DNA of 64,000 nucleotides, from positions 25,296,001-25,360,000 of the forward strand of contig OZ024747.1 of NCBI GenBank assembly GCA_964016885.1, read 5' to 3'. Position 1 is the stretch's first letter. Every line of letters starts with the position of its first letter. The stretch is from Eledone cirrhosa. Its lineage: Eukaryota. Shown here one piece after another: positions 60,700 through 64,000 of this stretch. A model generated the notes under the pieces. The model did not search any database, was not told where the DNA came from, and saw only the letters and a list, made by a program, of their open reading frames with translations. Position numbers and translations under genes: made by a program.

Positions 60700-63161
60700 G
60701 TGTTAGATAGATCTAAGGCCATATGCAGTTGTATTCAGGTTTATTTTCATCTCCATGATACATATTTTGCTGAGGTTGATGGCTAGATAGTTTTCTTCCT
60801 ACCCATTCCACTGGCCTCAGCTCATTAGACGGAATAAAAAATCTTTAAAAAATTTCACACAACTTAAAAAACCAAAAGATTTTCAAAAAATTCCTAAAAA
60901 AAAAATCTTTCAAAAATTCCCTAAAAAAATTTTCTTTTTATGATACAAGGGACTGGCAGTATGTGTTGATGTTTCTATGCAAGCCAGGATAAAACTTCTC
61001 ACCAAGGAATTATTTCTTTTTCATATTTATTCCAAATTTTATTCTTATATTATGAGGAAAGCTACACTACCACCACCACCACCACCACCACCACCACCAC
61101 CAACAACAACATCTAAAATACCACCAACAGCAACAACACCACCACCAGCAACAACACAAACACCACAACTAACAACAGCACCACCACCAACAAACATTAA
61201 AAAGAGGCAAAGTGTTCCACTACTCCACCATCACCATTCTAAAAGTGAAACAAAACGACGAAGAAAAAAGAAAGGAGGAGAAATAAATAAGGAAGTTACA
61301 AATGGTAATTCCTTGAAAGTGAAAACAAACATAAAACTAAAAAGATGAGTCAACGATAGAAGGAAATAAAACAGCTAATGTTATGTTGGGGATTCCGGAA
61401 TATTTGAAATAATGGTTTACAATAGAACTTCTGAGTAATGAGTCACAAATGAAGAGTTCTCAAATAAAATGAGTCAGTTACATTATAGAATAAAATAGAT
61501 AGATTTGAATGAGGTGCAGTTAATAAAGGATAAAGTTCTGTTTGCATTGTGGCCAATAAAGAAATTATTATTTCTTGTTCTGTTTTCCTTGCCCTTAACT
61601 GAACTTCATGGTGTGTACTCATCTGTGACTAATACGTGCATTGAATAGTAAAAAAGGTGTGTTATGTGTGAGGGAATGTTGTATGTAATGTGTGTAGAGA
61701 GGAGAAATAGTGTGTATATTCTCCCATAAAAGGGAATAAGGGTATGGTTGGTCTAGTGTATAAGGGCATAGTGAACCATATAGTATCATATCTAATGACT
61801 AAGAGGACATTGCTTACAATGCATTAGGCAGTGTTGTTGTGTAATATTAGAAATGTAGATTAAATACATCTTCATCATTAAAGGAAAAAGAAATGGAGCT
61901 GATCATTTAATTAGATCAAACAAATGTTTCCATTGTTGATACTATCTGGCGATCACAATTCCTGGCAGAAGTAACATAAAATATAGCATTTTCATCAAGA
62001 ACACAGCATACTGCCCAGTCGGGGAATCAAACACATGACCTTATGATTAGGAGTCCAGCACTCTAACCACTATGTCGAAGTAATTACACATTATTTAACC
62101 CTTTTGTAACCATATTTCTAATAAGAATATACCACCTTTGTGTTTTAATCATCAAAATAATCAACAATTACAAGAGGTTTATGATTCCTACAGCTGGATG
62201 CCCTTCTTAACACCAACCACCTTACAAAGGAGGTTATTTATGAAAAATGAAAGGTTCCTTTTTTAAAAATAAAATACAAGTCAATGTAAACATATAAAGG
62301 GTTCAGTTTGAAATATGAATGGATAATCTTGCAAAATGTATCATCATCCTCACCATCATTTTACATGTTTTCCACGCTGGCACGGACACAGTATGTTGCA
62401 TAGAATATCAAAGAGGCTGCTTGGGAGGAAAGAAACATTTCACAATTTCAGTTCTTTCTTCAATTCCCCTTTCTCCATTTAACTCTAACCTTAAACCCTA
62501 GCTCTAATGTTAATTCTAACTAACTGAAAATCCTAGCCCTAACCCCAAATCTCTACATGGTGCAGTGGAGTTGGGGTCAATGAATACGTATCTGAATGGA
62601 ACGAATTACAGAAATACACTGGTTAAACTCTCACTGGTGGTGTGCTATATATGTTAGTTAACCACATATTTGTTTCAGTTGGAGATTATTAGATGATGTG
62701 GCGTAATCAAGAAGGATAGAAAAAACCTTGATTTCTTTTTTACTGGCTTCCAAGACTGATGGAAGGAAATGAATGAAGGACTCACAATTTAGTAAGAAGT
62801 TGTGTAGTAATTAACTGAATCATCTCCAAACCACCAGAGAAATGGTCTGAATACTTACAACAGAATAGACTTTGTTAAAGATACCAAAGTCTCAGGTGGT
62901 GGTGTTAAATTGATCAACTAAAAAAAGAAGCTCATTGATATAGCACTAATAGTATCCTTAACAGACAGCTGTTTTTTTCTTGTTGCTTAATATATCAAAA
63001 CTAAAGAAAGTAGGTAATTTAAACTTTATCTACATTTATTTTAGATTATGGGAAGCAAAGATTGCTAAAACTAAAAAGAAGGGCATCTGGTTGTAAAACA
63101 TTGCTTCAGAAAGGACTCCATGATGAGTATGAAACCTGTCATGTGACCTGCAATGACTTAA

Positions 63162-63365
63162 CCCTTTAGCATTTACATTACTCTATATATACTATTATAT
63201 TTTCACAGTAAAGGCTTTACCTCACATAATATCGAATTTATGAGATTTAGATGATATTTATTTTGAGAACAATGACTTAACGTCTGTATGAGTGGCCAGT
63301 TACAGCCAGCTTGAACAGAAAGAGGTGAGAGAATTCTGGCCAGATACAGCCGGTTTAAATGCTAA
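63162..63365. mobile_element. piggyBac-like MITE, family A (right TIR clipped)
   Basis: ttaa|ccctttagcattta ... taaatgctaa. Confidence 0.8.
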
Positions 63366-64000
63366 TTGTATGTGAAACAAAGATTGTTGACCAATATAGA
63401 AATCGTACTGTTGGTTTTTTTTCCATATTCTGTCAAAATTTGTATGATTACATTTATATCCAATGAATATCATGCACAATCAACTACTTGAGCAATCGTC
63501 ACATTTTTCATGAAGAGATAACAAAACATACCACTGTATCACTTGACACTATCAAATATACATTTCATGACATGAATTCTAATTGCACATATTTTTCAAT
63601 ACAGTGACAAATGCTACAACTTCAAAGGATTGGTCTCAGGGAATTTGGTTCTTACTTAAACAAGCTGGCCTGTAATCAGCATGTGCGTGTCTGAGTGTGT
63701 GTGTGTGTGTGGTGGTGGGAGGTGGAAGAATCAGAAAAAGGCCGATTATACTTCTAAAATTAACCTTTCAATCAATCACATGCAATGAAATGTTGCATGC
63801 GTCAGTTATATATATTGTGTCATTCCTGTGTCTGAGCATATAAATAATTATGGCTTCATTCACCACTATCTTATGGCAGATCACAATAACAACCATATTA
63901 ATACTTTCTTACTAGGATCTTAACATGTTTTGCAGTGACAGAGACTTAATGATTGAATCCTTACCAGTACATTGCTATATACTTTGAAAAGGCAAAGCTC

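Noticed and set aside
60977-61348. 123-aa Pro/Thr-rich ORF
   Set aside because: Derived from a (CCA/CAA)n simple repeat, antisense to the host gene, with no exon support.
62480-62546. Telomere-like CCCTAA motifs
   Set aside because: Only a few degenerate units, most likely part of an old repeat.

Overview
AT-rich, repeat-dense animal genomic DNA. The SINE/LINE/MITE inventory suggests a cephalopod, most likely Octopus (inference, not confirmed). Nine minus-strand GT-AG exons between 577 and 19508 splice in phase into the PDZ domain and the N-terminal half of the catalytic domain of a PTPN3/PTPN4 (PTP-MEG) tyrosine phosphatase. No FERM exons were recognised and the WPD/HCSAG exons were not seen, so the gene probably extends past both window ends. 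The introns hold two apparently intact LINEs. One is a CR1/L2-group element (about 22.6-27.2 kb) whose PHD/polyQ ORF1 ends on a G_GGA_AAC slippery site; its APE-RT ORF2 lacks a start AUG and lies in the -1 frame. The other is an RTE element (about 50.8-54.5 kb) with one 1039-aa ORF carrying a PHD-like finger inside the RT region, preceded by a duplicated block of ten near-identical 98-bp monomers. Also present are a 5'-truncated inverted copy of that RTE, a Penelope-like repeat with minimal hammerhead-ribozyme motifs, several long hairpins, nested TTAA-flanked piggyBac-like MITEs, many tRNA-derived SINEs and several minisatellites. All calls were made by eye; no alignment or database search was run.
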